Shown one piece after another: positions 30,877-39,668 of a stretch of 64,000 nucleotides of DNA. The notes beneath the pieces are model-generated. The model made no database searches and was not told the DNA's origin. It saw nothing but the letters and a program-made list of their open reading frames with translations. The stretch's first letter is position 1. Every line of letters starts with the position of its first letter. Source of the DNA: an uncultured delta proteobacterium (GTDB lineage: Bacteria; Myxococcota_A; Polyangia; Fen-1088); assembly GCA_963767925.1 (NCBI GenBank), contig CAVYGB010000002.1, positions 672,001-736,000 on the forward strand, in the 5' to 3' direction. Position numbers and translations under genes: made by a program.

Positions 30877-32305
30877 GTGTGGATAGTTGTTCTTGCGCTG
30901 CGGCGCCCTTACACGTTCGTCGTCGCGTCCTTGCTGCTGGTCGCGGTCGGCTGGCAGGTGCTGCGCGAGTCGCCCACCGACATCCTCCCCAGCGTCGACA
31001 TCCCGGTCATCAGCGTCGTCTGGTCGTATGAAGGGCTGCCCGCCGAGCAGATCGAACGGCAGATCACCCAGTTCAGCGAATATTCGCTGACCAACAACGT
31101 CGAGGACGTGCAGCGGATCGAGAGCCAGTCCTTCGATGGCGTCGCGGTCATCCGGGTCTACCTGCAGCCGGGGGCCAGCATCCCCAGCGTCATGGCGCTG
31201 GTGACCGCCGTGTCCCAGACCATCACCCGGCGCATGCCCCCGGGGACCACGCCGCCGACCATCGTGCGCTACACCGCCAGCAGCGTCCCCATCCTGCAGG
31301 TGGCGTTCAGCAGCAGCACGTTGCCCGAAGAGCAGATCTTCGATCACGTCAACCAGCGGGTGCGCAGCATGCTGGCCACCGTGCAGGGGGTCCGCATGCC
31401 CCTGCCCGCCGGGGGCAAGGTCCGGCAGATCGTCGTCGACCTCGACCCCGAGGCGCTCAAGGCCCAGGGGCTGTCGCCCCACGAGGTGACCACCGCCGTC
31501 TCCACCCAGAACCTGGTGCTGCCGACCGGCTCGGCCAAGGTGGGCGGGCGCGAGTACCGGGTCAGCCTGAACAGCAGCCCGGAGGCCATCGCCGCCCTCA
31601 GCGACATCCCCATCCCGCGCCGGGGCCAGCCCCCCGCCTACCTGCGCGACGTGGCCCACGTGCACGACGGCTTCGCCGTGCAGACCAACCTGGCTCGCGA
31701 AAACGGCCGCCGCTCGGTGGTGCTGTCGGTGATGAAGACCGGCGACGCCTCGACGATCGAGGTGGCCCGGCGGGTGCGCGAGCTGATGCCCACCATCCGC
31801 GCCTCGGCGCCCGAGGGGCTGGAGGTGAAGATCCTCTCGGATCAGTCGAGCTTCGTCGAGGCGGCCATCGAGGGGCTGCTGATCGAGGGGCTCATCGCCG
31901 CCTGCCTGACCGCCGCCATGATCCTGCTGTTCCTGGGGAGCTGGCGCAGCACCCTCATCGTGGCGGTGTCGATCCCCCTGTCGGTGGTGGCGGCGCTGCT
32001 GGTGCTGCGGGCGATGGGGCACTCCCTCAACGGCATGACCCTCGGCGGCCTGGCCCTGGCGGTGGGCATCCTTGTCGACGACGCCACGGTGGCGATCGAG
32101 AACATCCACCGCAACCTGGCCATGGGCAAGACGTTGACCCGGGCCATCCTCGACGGGGCCGAGCAGATCGCGGTCCCGGCCTTCGTCGCCTCGCTGTCGA
32201 TCGCCATCGTGTTCGTGTCGCTGGTGTTCCTCGACGGGCCCGCCCGCTTCCTGTTCGTCCCCATGGGCCTGGCGGTCGGGCTGTCGGTGATGGCCTCTTA
32301 CCTGC
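30877..32305 (+). pseudogene. RND efflux permease (AcrB/CusA family), N-terminal half only
   Basis: ALRRPYT, TDI.P.VDIP, LFLGSWRST, N.MTLGGLALAVGILVDDATV.IENI; ends at ASYL after about 475 aa versus about 1050 expected. Confidence 0.85.
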
Positions 32306-32353
32306 CCCGAGTCCCGAGCTGCCACCCCGCGAACCCCGCACGAGAGAGCCGCC

Positions 32354-33610
32354 ATGTTCCCCGCCGACACCCGCGACCGACGAGCCGATCAGTCCACCCG
32401 GGAAGAGGAAGCGACGGATCCCGGGCGTGCGCCCAACCTGGTGGCGACGGGCGCCCGCGCCGAGAGACCCGGGCGGCGGCGGCGCTGGCCGGCGATCCTG
32501 CTGGGGCTGGGCGCGCTGGCGGCGCTGCTGGCGGCCGGGTTGCTGCCGCGCCTGGATCGGCGGCGGGCGCTCGACGCGCGGGCGGTCGAGCTGAGCGGAC
32601 CGCCGCGCGTGTCGGTGGCGGCGGTGCGCCGGGGTGAGCCGCGCTCGGAGCTGGTGTTGCCCGGGACCGCGCTGCCGGCGCAGAGCACGGTGATCTACGC
32701 GCGCCTCGACGGGTTCGTGCACCAGCTCCACGCCGACCTGGGCGACTCCGTGCGCGAGAACCGGCTGCTGGCCCTGCTGCAGGCGCCGGAGCTGGAGGCC
32801 GACCTGGCGCGCGCCCGCGCCCGGCTGGTCGAGCTCGAGCGCAACCTGCAGCTCTCGCACGCCTCGGCCGACCGCCACGCCCGCCTGGCCGAGAGCGGGA
32901 TCTCCAGCCAGGAGGCGGCCGACGAGGCCCGGGCCCGGGCCAACTCCGCCGAGGCGTCGCTCGACGCCAGCCGGGCGGAGGTGTCGCGCCTGGGGTCGCT
33001 CTACGCCTACCGGCGGGTGACCGCGCCCTTCGACGGCGTGATCACCCGCCGCACCGTCGACCGGGGCGCCCTGGTCAAGTCGACCAGCACCGCCCTGTTC
33101 GAGATCGCCGAGACCGCGACCCTGAAGGTGTTCGTGGACGTGCCCCAGACGCTGGCCCCCGACGTGCGGCCGGGTCTGGTCGCGCGCGTGTTCGCCCCCG
33201 AGGCGCCCGAGCGGATCGTCGAGGGGAAGGTGGTGCGCACCTCGCGCTCGCTGGATCCCGCGACGCGCACCCTGCGCACGGAGATCCACCTGCCAGGCAG
33301 CGGCCCGCTGCTGGCCGGATCCTTCGTGCGCGTGCGCCTGCAGGTGCAGCGGAGCAACGCCCCCCTGTTGATCCCGGCGGTGGCGCTGGTCACCCGCAAG
33401 GAGGGCCCCCGCGCGATGGTGGTGGCCGCTGGCGGCCGCGTGCAGCAGCGAACCCTGATCGTGGGCCGGGACATGGGGGTCGACGTCGAGGTGCTCGGCG
33501 GCCTCCAGGACGGCGACAAGGTGGTGCTGAGCCCCCCCGATGAGCTGGCCGACGGCGCGACGGTGGAGGCCTCCGAGGTGCGCGCGCCCGAGGCGCCCCG
33601 TGGCAAGTAG
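32354..33610 (+). CDS. RND efflux periplasmic adaptor (MFP) subunit
   Basis: TM anchor, IYAR.DG.V.....DLGD.V, APFDGVIT.R.VD.G, LDPATRTL.TE, EVL.GL..GD.VV. Confidence 0.9.
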   Translation: MFPADTRDRRADQSTREEEATDPGRAPNLVATGARAERPGRRRRWPAILLGLGALAALLAAGLLPRLDRRRALDARAVELSGPPRVSVAAVRRGEPRSELVLPGTALPAQSTVIYARLDGFVHQLHADLGDSVRENRLLALLQAPELEADLARARARLVELERNLQLSHASADRHARLAESGISSQEAADEARARANSAEASLDASRAEVSRLGSLYAYRRVTAPFDGVITRRTVDRGALVKSTSTALFEIAETATLKVFVDVPQTLAPDVRPGLVARVFAPEAPERIVEGKVVRTSRSLDPATRTLRTEIHLPGSGPLLAGSFVRVRLQVQRSNAPLLIPAVALVTRKEGPRAMVVAAGGRVQQRTLIVGRDMGVDVEVLGGLQDGDKVVLSPPDELADGATVEASEVRAPEAPRGK

Positions 33611-33681
33611 CCCCGGCAGCGAGGGGACGCGGCGGAAGGCGAGGGGTGAGGGGGGTCGGACGGCGGGCGGAGTGAAGGCCC

Positions 33682-34113
33682 ATGTCCTCGACGGCGCTCG
33701 GGTGGGGCGGCGGTTCGTGCTCCAGCGGCGGAGGGTGGGTTCGCGCGGCGTCCACGTCACGGCTTTCGCTCGCGTTGCTCGTGCTGACGGTCGCCACGCC
33801 TGCGCGTGCAAGATCGCAAGCCGGGGGCAGGCCGCCCGCGGCGGCAGCGGGTTCGGCAGCGCCGGCGGCACCGCTGGCACGAGCACCAGCAGCGCAAACT
33901 CAGGCGGCGCCGGCCGCCGCGGCGGAGCCGCCAGCAGCGGAACAACCACCAGCTCCAGCGTCAAACAGACCGGCGTTAACGGCTGTGCCGGCCGCGCCGC
34001 CAGCAGCGGAACAAGCACCAGCTCCCGCGGCGCCGGCGTCAAATGGACCGACGTCAACGGCTGTGCCGCCCGCGGCGGCAGCGGCCGCCACGGATGTGGG
34101 GCCGCGGGTGTAG
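33682..34113 (+). CDS. Pro/Ala-rich low-complexity protein with possible signal peptide (may be a remnant)
   Basis: LSLALLVLTVATPARA, then ~69-bp degenerate repeats at 33928 and 33997. Confidence 0.35.
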   Translation: MSSTALGWGGGSCSSGGGWVRAASTSRLSLALLVLTVATPARARSQAGGRPPAAAAGSAAPAAPLARAPAAQTQAAPAAAAEPPAAEQPPAPASNRPALTAVPAAPPAAEQAPAPAAPASNGPTSTAVPPAAAAAATDVGPRV

Positions 34114-34318
34114 GTGTGCTTGCGCCCCGCCCGCTCCTGCGCGACTGCCTCCCGCCGGATCCACCGTGAAATCCGCGGGCTTCCCTGCGACCGGTCCTGG
34201 TGGCTCCGGCGAGCAGAACCGGTACCTCCCGCGGCCGGTCGTGCACTACGGTCGCGGGATGCTCGACACCGCCAGCATCTGCAACGCAACGCGGACCTCT
34301 CGACCGCGCCGGATCGGG

Positions 34319-35164
34319 ATGGCCGTCCGGTCGATGTTGCTGGTGGTGGCGACAGCCTGCGTCCCGAGCGCGCCGCCCGTCGGACCGGGTGGCGGCAACG
34401 GCGACGCCGGCGCGGCCTCCGGGCACGACGGCCAGGCTGGCTCCACCGGCGGGACAGGCGCGGCCACCGGAGGCAGCGGCGGCGGGCCGATCGCCGGCGG
34501 CACCGGTGGAACCGGCGGCGCGGCGGGAGCAGCGCCATCCGCAGGCAGCGGGGGTACCCCAGCCGGCGGCACCGGCGGCCAGGTCCGGATCGACGGCGGT
34601 CCCCGGCGGGACGCTCCGACGACCGCAGACGCAGGCCGCCGCCCCGACGCGGGCCCACCGCGCGCCGACACCGGCCCCCCCGCCCCCGACGGCCCGCCGG
34701 GCGCCCCACCCTCGCCCCCGGGCGGCCCCTGCACCCCCGGTGGCACCGGCCTCGACACCACAACCCCCGGCCTGGTCCTCGATCGCAAGACCTGCCTGAT
34801 CTGGCAACGCCAGGACCCACCGCGCGACGTCAGCGCCTGCCCGCTCATGATCCGGGACAACCCCTCCAAGCTCTGCTTCGACGAAGCCGTCAAGAGCTGC
34901 ACAGCCCTGCGCCTCGACAGCAAGAGCGACTGGCGCCTCCCCACCCAGACCGAGCTGTCGACCCTGGTAGTAGCGAACAACAGCCCCGCCGTCGACCCAG
35001 CCGCCTTCCCCGAAGCAGTCGTGTCGCTGTACTGGACCTCCCAGACCGCCTCCGGAAAAGTCACCTGCGTCGACTTCTCCAACCGCGGCATGGTCAACCC
35101 CAACATCGGCCCCGACGGCCCCCAGGCCTTCCGCTGCGTCCGCGGCCCCGCCACCGCTCGCTGA
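34319..35164 (+). CDS. DUF1566 (Lcl C-terminal) domain lipoprotein
   Basis: Lipobox ATAC, Gly/Pro linker, V.D.KT.L.WQ, A...C..L......WRLPT..EL, YWTS, RCVR. Confidence 0.82.
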   Translation: MAVRSMLLVVATACVPSAPPVGPGGGNGDAGAASGHDGQAGSTGGTGAATGGSGGGPIAGGTGGTGGAAGAAPSAGSGGTPAGGTGGQVRIDGGPRRDAPTTADAGRRPDAGPPRADTGPPAPDGPPGAPPSPPGGPCTPGGTGLDTTTPGLVLDRKTCLIWQRQDPPRDVSACPLMIRDNPSKLCFDEAVKSCTALRLDSKSDWRLPTQTELSTLVVANNSPAVDPAAFPEAVVSLYWTSQTASGKVTCVDFSNRGMVNPNIGPDGPQAFRCVRGPATAR

Positions 35165-35213
35165 CCACCCCCACGAGCCACGCCGCCCGCCCGCGTCCAC
35201 GGGCGGATCCACC

Positions 35214-35520
35214 ACTTGAAAAGGGCACTACTCGCTCGCCCCGAACCCACGGCGTGGGCTGCCTGCACCGGTCGGGGGTGCGCCGCAGCCTGCCCCGGGC
35301 TCCGTCCATGACTGAAAAGGCACTACCCAGGCGCACCGAATCTGACGGGTGCGGGACTGGCTCGCGCCCGTCCCTAACTTGAAAAGGGCACTACCCCGAG
35401 CGTCGAACCCGACGGCGTGAGGCTGCCTCCGCCGGCCCGGGGCCGCGCGGCAGCCTGCCCTCGGCTGCGTCGGCAACTTGAAAAGGGCACTACCCGGGCG
35501 CGCCAAACCCGACGGCGCGG
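35214..35520. repeat. Intergenic array of four units with core ACTTGAAAAGGGCACTAC
   Basis: Cores at 35214, 35311 (2-nt deleted), 35377 and 35476; periods 97, 66 and 99; units carry hairpins. Confidence 0.85.
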
Positions 35521-35663
35521 GGTGGCGCTCGGTGCGGAGGGTGACGGACGCCCCCGACATCCTCCCCCGGCCGGGTTCGCGCCAATCTCGGAGTCGGAAC
35601 ACCGCAGGAGGCGGAAACGTGTGAAGCTCCGGCCGCCCCGCAACCTTCACCCGAGGTGACACC

Positions 35664-36110
35664 ATGAAACGGATCCCGCTGGCCGTGTTTGCCTTTCTCG
35701 CCTGTCTCACGACCTCCGCCACGGGCGACGTGAAGCCCGGCCTCATGGGACCCACCGCCGTGAGCTGGGAGGAGATCATGGGGCGGACCGGCAAGGGCCT
35801 CTCGAAGTCCGTCTTCCAGTCGCCGACCGCCACCCTCGACGAGCTCGAGATGCACATCACCCAGCTCCCCCCCGGCAAGGCCCCCCACCCCCCCCACAAA
35901 CACGCCGCCGAGGAGGTCCTGATCATCCGCGAGGGAACCCTGGAGGCCCTGGTCGACGGCAAGACCCGCCGCCTGGGCCCAGGCTCGGTGATCTTCCAGG
36001 CCTCCAACCAGCTCCACAGCGTGAAGAACGTCGGCGAGACCCCCGCCGTCTACTACGTCATGCGCTGGAACTCCCCCGGCATGCTGAAGACCGCAGCCGC
36101 CAAACCCTGA
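35664..36110 (+). CDS. Secreted cupin-domain protein
   Basis: Signal peptide; LEMH.T.L.PG..PHPPH.H..EE..IIREG, ASN..H...N.G. Confidence 0.85.
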   Translation: MKRIPLAVFAFLACLTTSATGDVKPGLMGPTAVSWEEIMGRTGKGLSKSVFQSPTATLDELEMHITQLPPGKAPHPPHKHAAEEVLIIREGTLEALVDGKTRRLGPGSVIFQASNQLHSVKNVGETPAVYYVMRWNSPGMLKTAAAKP

Positions 36111-36240
36111 CCCCTCGGCCGACGGCATGCTGAAGATGGCTGCCGCCAAGCCCTGACTCCTCGGCCGACGCATGCTTAAGACGGCTGCCGCCAAGCCCTG
36201 ACCCCTCGGCCGACGCATGCTGAAGACGGCCGCCGCCAAG
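36079..36240 (+). repeat. 45-46 bp tandem repeat duplicating the cupin 3' end (MLK(T/M)AAAKP*)
   Basis: ATGs at 36081, 36127, 36172 and 36217. Confidence 0.9.
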
Positions 36241-36313
36241 GCCGGACGCGCCGGCCGCCCCCTTCCAGGCCGGGTCGAGGGCTGTTCCTCCGGCGCCTGC
36301 TCCCGGGCTCCCC

Positions 36314-36763
36314 TCAGGGTGGCAGGGGGACGGCGCTGATGTGCCCCGTCTCCTCGAGGATCGCGAGCTGGACTTCGCGAGGATGGCGAAAGCCAGCCTT
36401 GCGCAGCCCCGCCAGCAGGTCCTCGTAGGAGAGCCCCTCGTCAGCCAGCGCGTCCTCCGCCACCTGCCCGCGGAACACAAGCGGCCGCGGCGCGCCCCGG
36501 ATGAAACGCCGCACCCGCCGCGAGCGCGCACACGCGACTGCCACCAGCCGGTGCGCCGCGAACACCGACACCACGAAGATGACCGCGTTCCCCGCCCCCG
36601 ACCGCAACGTCACCGTCTGGAGCACCACCGCCAGCCCAATCAACACGACCAGGTCGAACGTGGTCGTCTGCCCCGCCAGGCGCTTGCCCGCCAGCCGAAA
36701 CATCAGGATCAGCGCCGCGTAATACCCCAGCGCCAGCCCCACCTGCTCGATCGCCCCCCACAT
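36314..36763 (-). CDS. DUF421 (YetF-like) membrane protein
   Basis: FRL.GKR..GQ.T.FDLV, G.P..LV..G, L..LR..G......V..AILEE.G.IS. Confidence 0.82.
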   Translation of the reverse strand: MWGAIEQVGLALGYYAALILMFRLAGKRLAGQTTTFDLVVLIGLAVVLQTVTLRSGAGNAVIFVVSVFAAHRLVAVACARSRRVRRFIRGAPRPLVFRGQVAEDALADEGLSYEDLLAGLRKAGFRHPREVQLAILEETGHISAVPLPP

Positions 36764-37051
36764 CACGGAAGATCTGGGTCTCGTTGCCGTCGCTGACCAC
36801 CGGCCGCCGCCAGGATCCCGACGGCGGGCCCAGGCGGACGCGGCGATCACCGGCCCCCAAGGCGCCGCCGGCAGGGCGACCCACCGGCGGGCAGGCTTGC
36901 CGACGAGATGCGCTCCCTCCAGCGGGGGATCCGCAGGGCGCGCAGGGAGTGAAGCGGCCATGCCTGCCGGAGCGCTCGAACTGGAAGGCCGCGCAGGACA
37001 TCGAGATGGACGCCCGACCGTTCGTCGCCCGTCGTTGAGCGTTTACAAGGC

Positions 37052-37134
37052 GGCTGCGTCCCAGCGTTCAGCGGCGAACCGGTGACCGAGCGGCGCGAGG
37101 GAGCCGCGTCGTCCGCTGCACGGCCTTTTTAGCC
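37052..37134 (-). mobile_element. Degenerate integron attC site
   Basis: Minus strand GGCTAAA-AAGGC-CGTGCAGC...GCTGAAC-GCTGGGAC-GCAGCC (mutated R'' and R' boxes). Confidence 0.55.
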
Positions 37135-37397
37135 GGCTTCTTTCTCGCCCGGAGTGCTGCTGGCAATTCATCGCCCGGGATCGGTGCCACGTCGGAAATT
37201 TTGGCGAGGACAGCATCGAACTTTGAACGGTTCGCTCGCCGGGCGCGCTCCTCGAGGTATCGCTCCGTGAGGAGCGCAGCGAGCTTCTCCGCGACGGCGG
37301 AGTTGATCAACTGATTGATGGAGATCCCTTCCTGCTTCGCGAGCTGTCCCAGCTTTTGGTGGATTGATTCCGGCAATCGAAGGCTCAACGTGCTCAT
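37068..37397 (-). CDS. Ribbon-helix-helix (HicB-like/CopG) antitoxin
   Basis: MSTLSLRLPESIH..L..LAK.EGISINQLI..AVAEK; RBS GAGG; C-terminus reads into the attC. Confidence 0.8.
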   Translation of the reverse strand: MSTLSLRLPESIHQKLGQLAKQEGISINQLINSAVAEKLAALLTERYLEERARRANRSKFDAVLAKISDVAPIPGDELPAALRARKKPAKKAVQRTTRLPRAARSPVRR

Positions 37398-37434
37398 CGC
37401 GACCTCATTCTTCGGCCGAACTTTCATCTTGTCC

Positions 37435-37539
37435 GCCCAACGATCCGGCGTTCAGCGGCGGGGGCGCCGCTGAGAAGATTTTCCGAGCCTCTTGGACGGC
37501 TCGCGAGGCGACGCCGTTCGCTGCAACGCCTGGTTCGGC
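37435..37539 (-). mobile_element. Integron attC site (105 bp)
   Basis: Minus strand R'' GCCGAAC, L'' GTTGCAGC (extra G), L' GCTGAAC, R' GTTGGGC. Confidence 0.8.
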
Positions 37540-37802
37540 CTGACTCGGCTGCGCAGTGGAAACCGTTCGGGGTGATCTATGGATTCGACAGCGAGGTCGA
37601 CGTCAAGAAGCGGCCAATATAAGTGGTTGGGGCTAGGCCGCTCGACTGCGGTGATTTGATGAACGGTAGCGTCCCGAAACCACGGAAACGTGTCGAACGG
37701 CAGAAAGAGTTCTCGGTCGTCGAGCAGCACCCAGAATCCCTGCGGCGAAAGATTCGTGACCTCAACTTCCGAAGTGGGCTTTCCACGCAGCGCGAATTTC
37801 AT
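37452..37802 (-). CDS. DUF2442 family protein (predicted antitoxin)
   Basis: TSEVEVTN.S..GFW.LL...ELFLPF..FPWF..A, HLYWP.LDVDL.VESI.HPE.FPL. Confidence 0.82.
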   Translation of the reverse strand: MKFALRGKPTSEVEVTNLSPQGFWVLLDDRELFLPFDTFPWFRDATVHQITAVERPSPNHLYWPLLDVDLAVESIDHPERFPLRSRVRPNQALQRTASPREPSKRLGKSSQRRPRR

Positions 37803-37842
37803 CCTGGTTCTTCCTTACGAGGGGAAGGGCCGTCGCGACCTG
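37762..37842 (-). pseudogene. DUF4160 family partner, C-terminal remnant
   Basis: QVATALPLVRKNQDEIRAAWKAHFGS* overlaps the DUF2442 start; 5' part missing. Confidence 0.6.
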
Positions 37843-37937
37843 ACCCGAACTCTTGCCCTTGGCGGTGGTGCGGAAGCGGTCGCCCTCGCTGCGTGCGAAG
37901 CTCCCCAGTCGGCTATCTGGAACGCCGGACGACCACC

Positions 37938-39668
37938 TCACAACGGCGGGGGGACGCGGCGGTGGGTGGCTTGTTCGAAGGCGTAGGCGAGCTCGATCAG
38001 GCGGGGTTCGCTGCAGGCCAGGGCGGTGAAGGAGATGCCGAAGGGGGACGGGCGGGGGGCGAAGGCTGCGGGGAATGGGGGGGTGGGGGTGTTGGGGACG
38101 AGGGCGGCGGGGACGATGATTGTTGGGTAGCCGGGGCGGGCGGCGATGGCGGCGCCGCTGCCGCCGGGGAAGAGGAGGGCGTCGAGGCGGTGTTGTTTCA
38201 TTGTCGCGTCGATGCCCTCGCTAGCGGCCAGGCGCAGGTCGCGGGCGCGGTCGGCGCGGTAGCGGGGGCGGTCGGCTTCCAGGTCCATCTCGTCGGAGAT
38301 GTCGAGGTTGGCCTGGGCGTATTTGATGGCGCCGCCCTTCTGGTGGGCCACGTTCCAGAGGCGCAGCTCGGTGAGTGTCTTGACGGGAGCGGCGGGGCCC
38401 AGTGAGGTCAGCCAGGTGTTGAAGTCGCGCTTCATGCCGTATTTGAAGACGGTCGAGCAGGTGGCGTCGGCGCCGCGCGCGCCGTCGAGGCCGCTGCATA
38501 CCGGCCACAGGAGGAAGTTGCTTTTGGGGTCGGGGGTCACCACGCTGGGGATGTCGGCGGGGTCGACCACGACGGCGCCGCTGGCGCGGAGGGTGGCCAG
38601 CACGCCGGCCATCACCCGGGCGCGCTCGGGGTCGAGGCCGCCGCGCGGCTCCTTCTCGCCGGCCAGGGTGATCGGCTCGTAGAAGAAGGCCCGGGGGACG
38701 CCGATGCGGGCGCCTTTCAGGCCGGCGGAGTCGAGAAAGCGGGTGTAGTCGCGGCCGGGTGGCGGGGGGCAACGGGTGGCTGCCGGGTCGGCGGGGTCGG
38801 GGGTGGCGCCCTCGAGCGCGCCGAGCAGGATGGCGGCGTCGGTGACCGTGCGGGCCATCGGGCCGGCGGTGTCCTGGTCGGCGGTGATGGGGATGATGCC
38901 GTGGCGGCTGATGCGCCCGACGGTCGGCTTGATCCCCACGAGCATGTTCTGGTTGCTGGGGCTGAGGATGGAGCCGGAGGTCTCGGTGCCCACGCTGGCC
39001 GCCCAGAAGCTGGCCGCCGTGCCGGCGCCGGAGCTGGATCCGCCGGTGGCGAGGGCCGGGCGCCCGTCGGCGGTGGCGGGGCGGGGGTCGCGCCGCGGAT
39101 CGTAGGGGTTGAAGCCATAGCCGGTGAGGGCGCAGTAGTTGGTGGGCATGCCGCTGGCGACCCAGTTGGCCAGCTCGGTCATCTGGGTCTTGGCGAGGAC
39201 GATGGCTCCCGCGTCGCGCAGGTTGCGAGCGAGGGTCGCCGGGTAGGGCGGCCGCAGCCCGTCGAAGGCGAGCGCGCCGCCGGTGGTGGGCAGCTCGGTG
39301 GTGTGGATGTTGTCCTTGAGGGCGATGGGGATGCCGTGCAGGGGGCCGAGCTTCTGCCGGCGGCCCGCCCGCTCGCGATCGCGCGCGTCGGCCTCGGCGA
39401 GGGCGGCCGGGTTGACCGCGATGACGGCGTTGAGCCGGTCCTCGTGGACGGCGATCCGGGCGAGGTACTGGGTGACGAGCTCGCGCGCGGTGGTCTTGCC
39501 GCTGTCGAGCGCGGCCCGCAGCTCGGGGATGGTCGCCTCCACGACCGAGAAGCGCCGGTCCTCGCGGGCGGGGGCATCGCCGGCCAGCAGGGGGAGGAGG
39601 GCCAGGGTCAACAGCCGGACGTCTCGCAGGGTCTTCCGTCGCAGGAACATGCCGCTCCTCCAGATCAT
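37938..39668 (-). CDS. Amidase signature family protein (secreted)
   Basis: GPLHGIPIALKDNI, GGSSSG, VGTETSGSILSP, VGIKPTVG, QDTAGPMAR. Confidence 0.92.
   Translation of the reverse strand: MIWRSGMFLRRKTLRDVRLLTLALLPLLAGDAPAREDRRFSVVEATIPELRAALDSGKTTARELVTQYLARIAVHEDRLNAVIAVNPAALAEADARDRERAGRRQKLGPLHGIPIALKDNIHTTELPTTGGALAFDGLRPPYPATLARNLRDAGAIVLAKTQMTELANWVASGMPTNYCALTGYGFNPYDPRRDPRPATADGRPALATGGSSSGAGTAASFWAASVGTETSGSILSPSNQNMLVGIKPTVGRISRHGIIPITADQDTAGPMARTVTDAAILLGALEGATPDPADPAATRCPPPPGRDYTRFLDSAGLKGARIGVPRAFFYEPITLAGEKEPRGGLDPERARVMAGVLATLRASGAVVVDPADIPSVVTPDPKSNFLLWPVCSGLDGARGADATCSTVFKYGMKRDFNTWLTSLGPAAPVKTLTELRLWNVAHQKGGAIKYAQANLDISDEMDLEADRPRYRADRARDLRLAASEGIDATMKQHRLDALLFPGGSGAAIAARPGYPTIIVPAALVPNTPTPPFPAAFAPRPSPFGISFTALACSEPRLIELAYAFEQATHRRVPPPL

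Noticed and set aside
35214..35520. CRISPR array
   Set aside because: Core is only 18 bp, periods are irregular (97/66/99), spacers are homologous to each other, and no cas genes are in the window
36079..36240. CRISPR array
   Set aside because: Contiguous tandem repeat with no unique spacers
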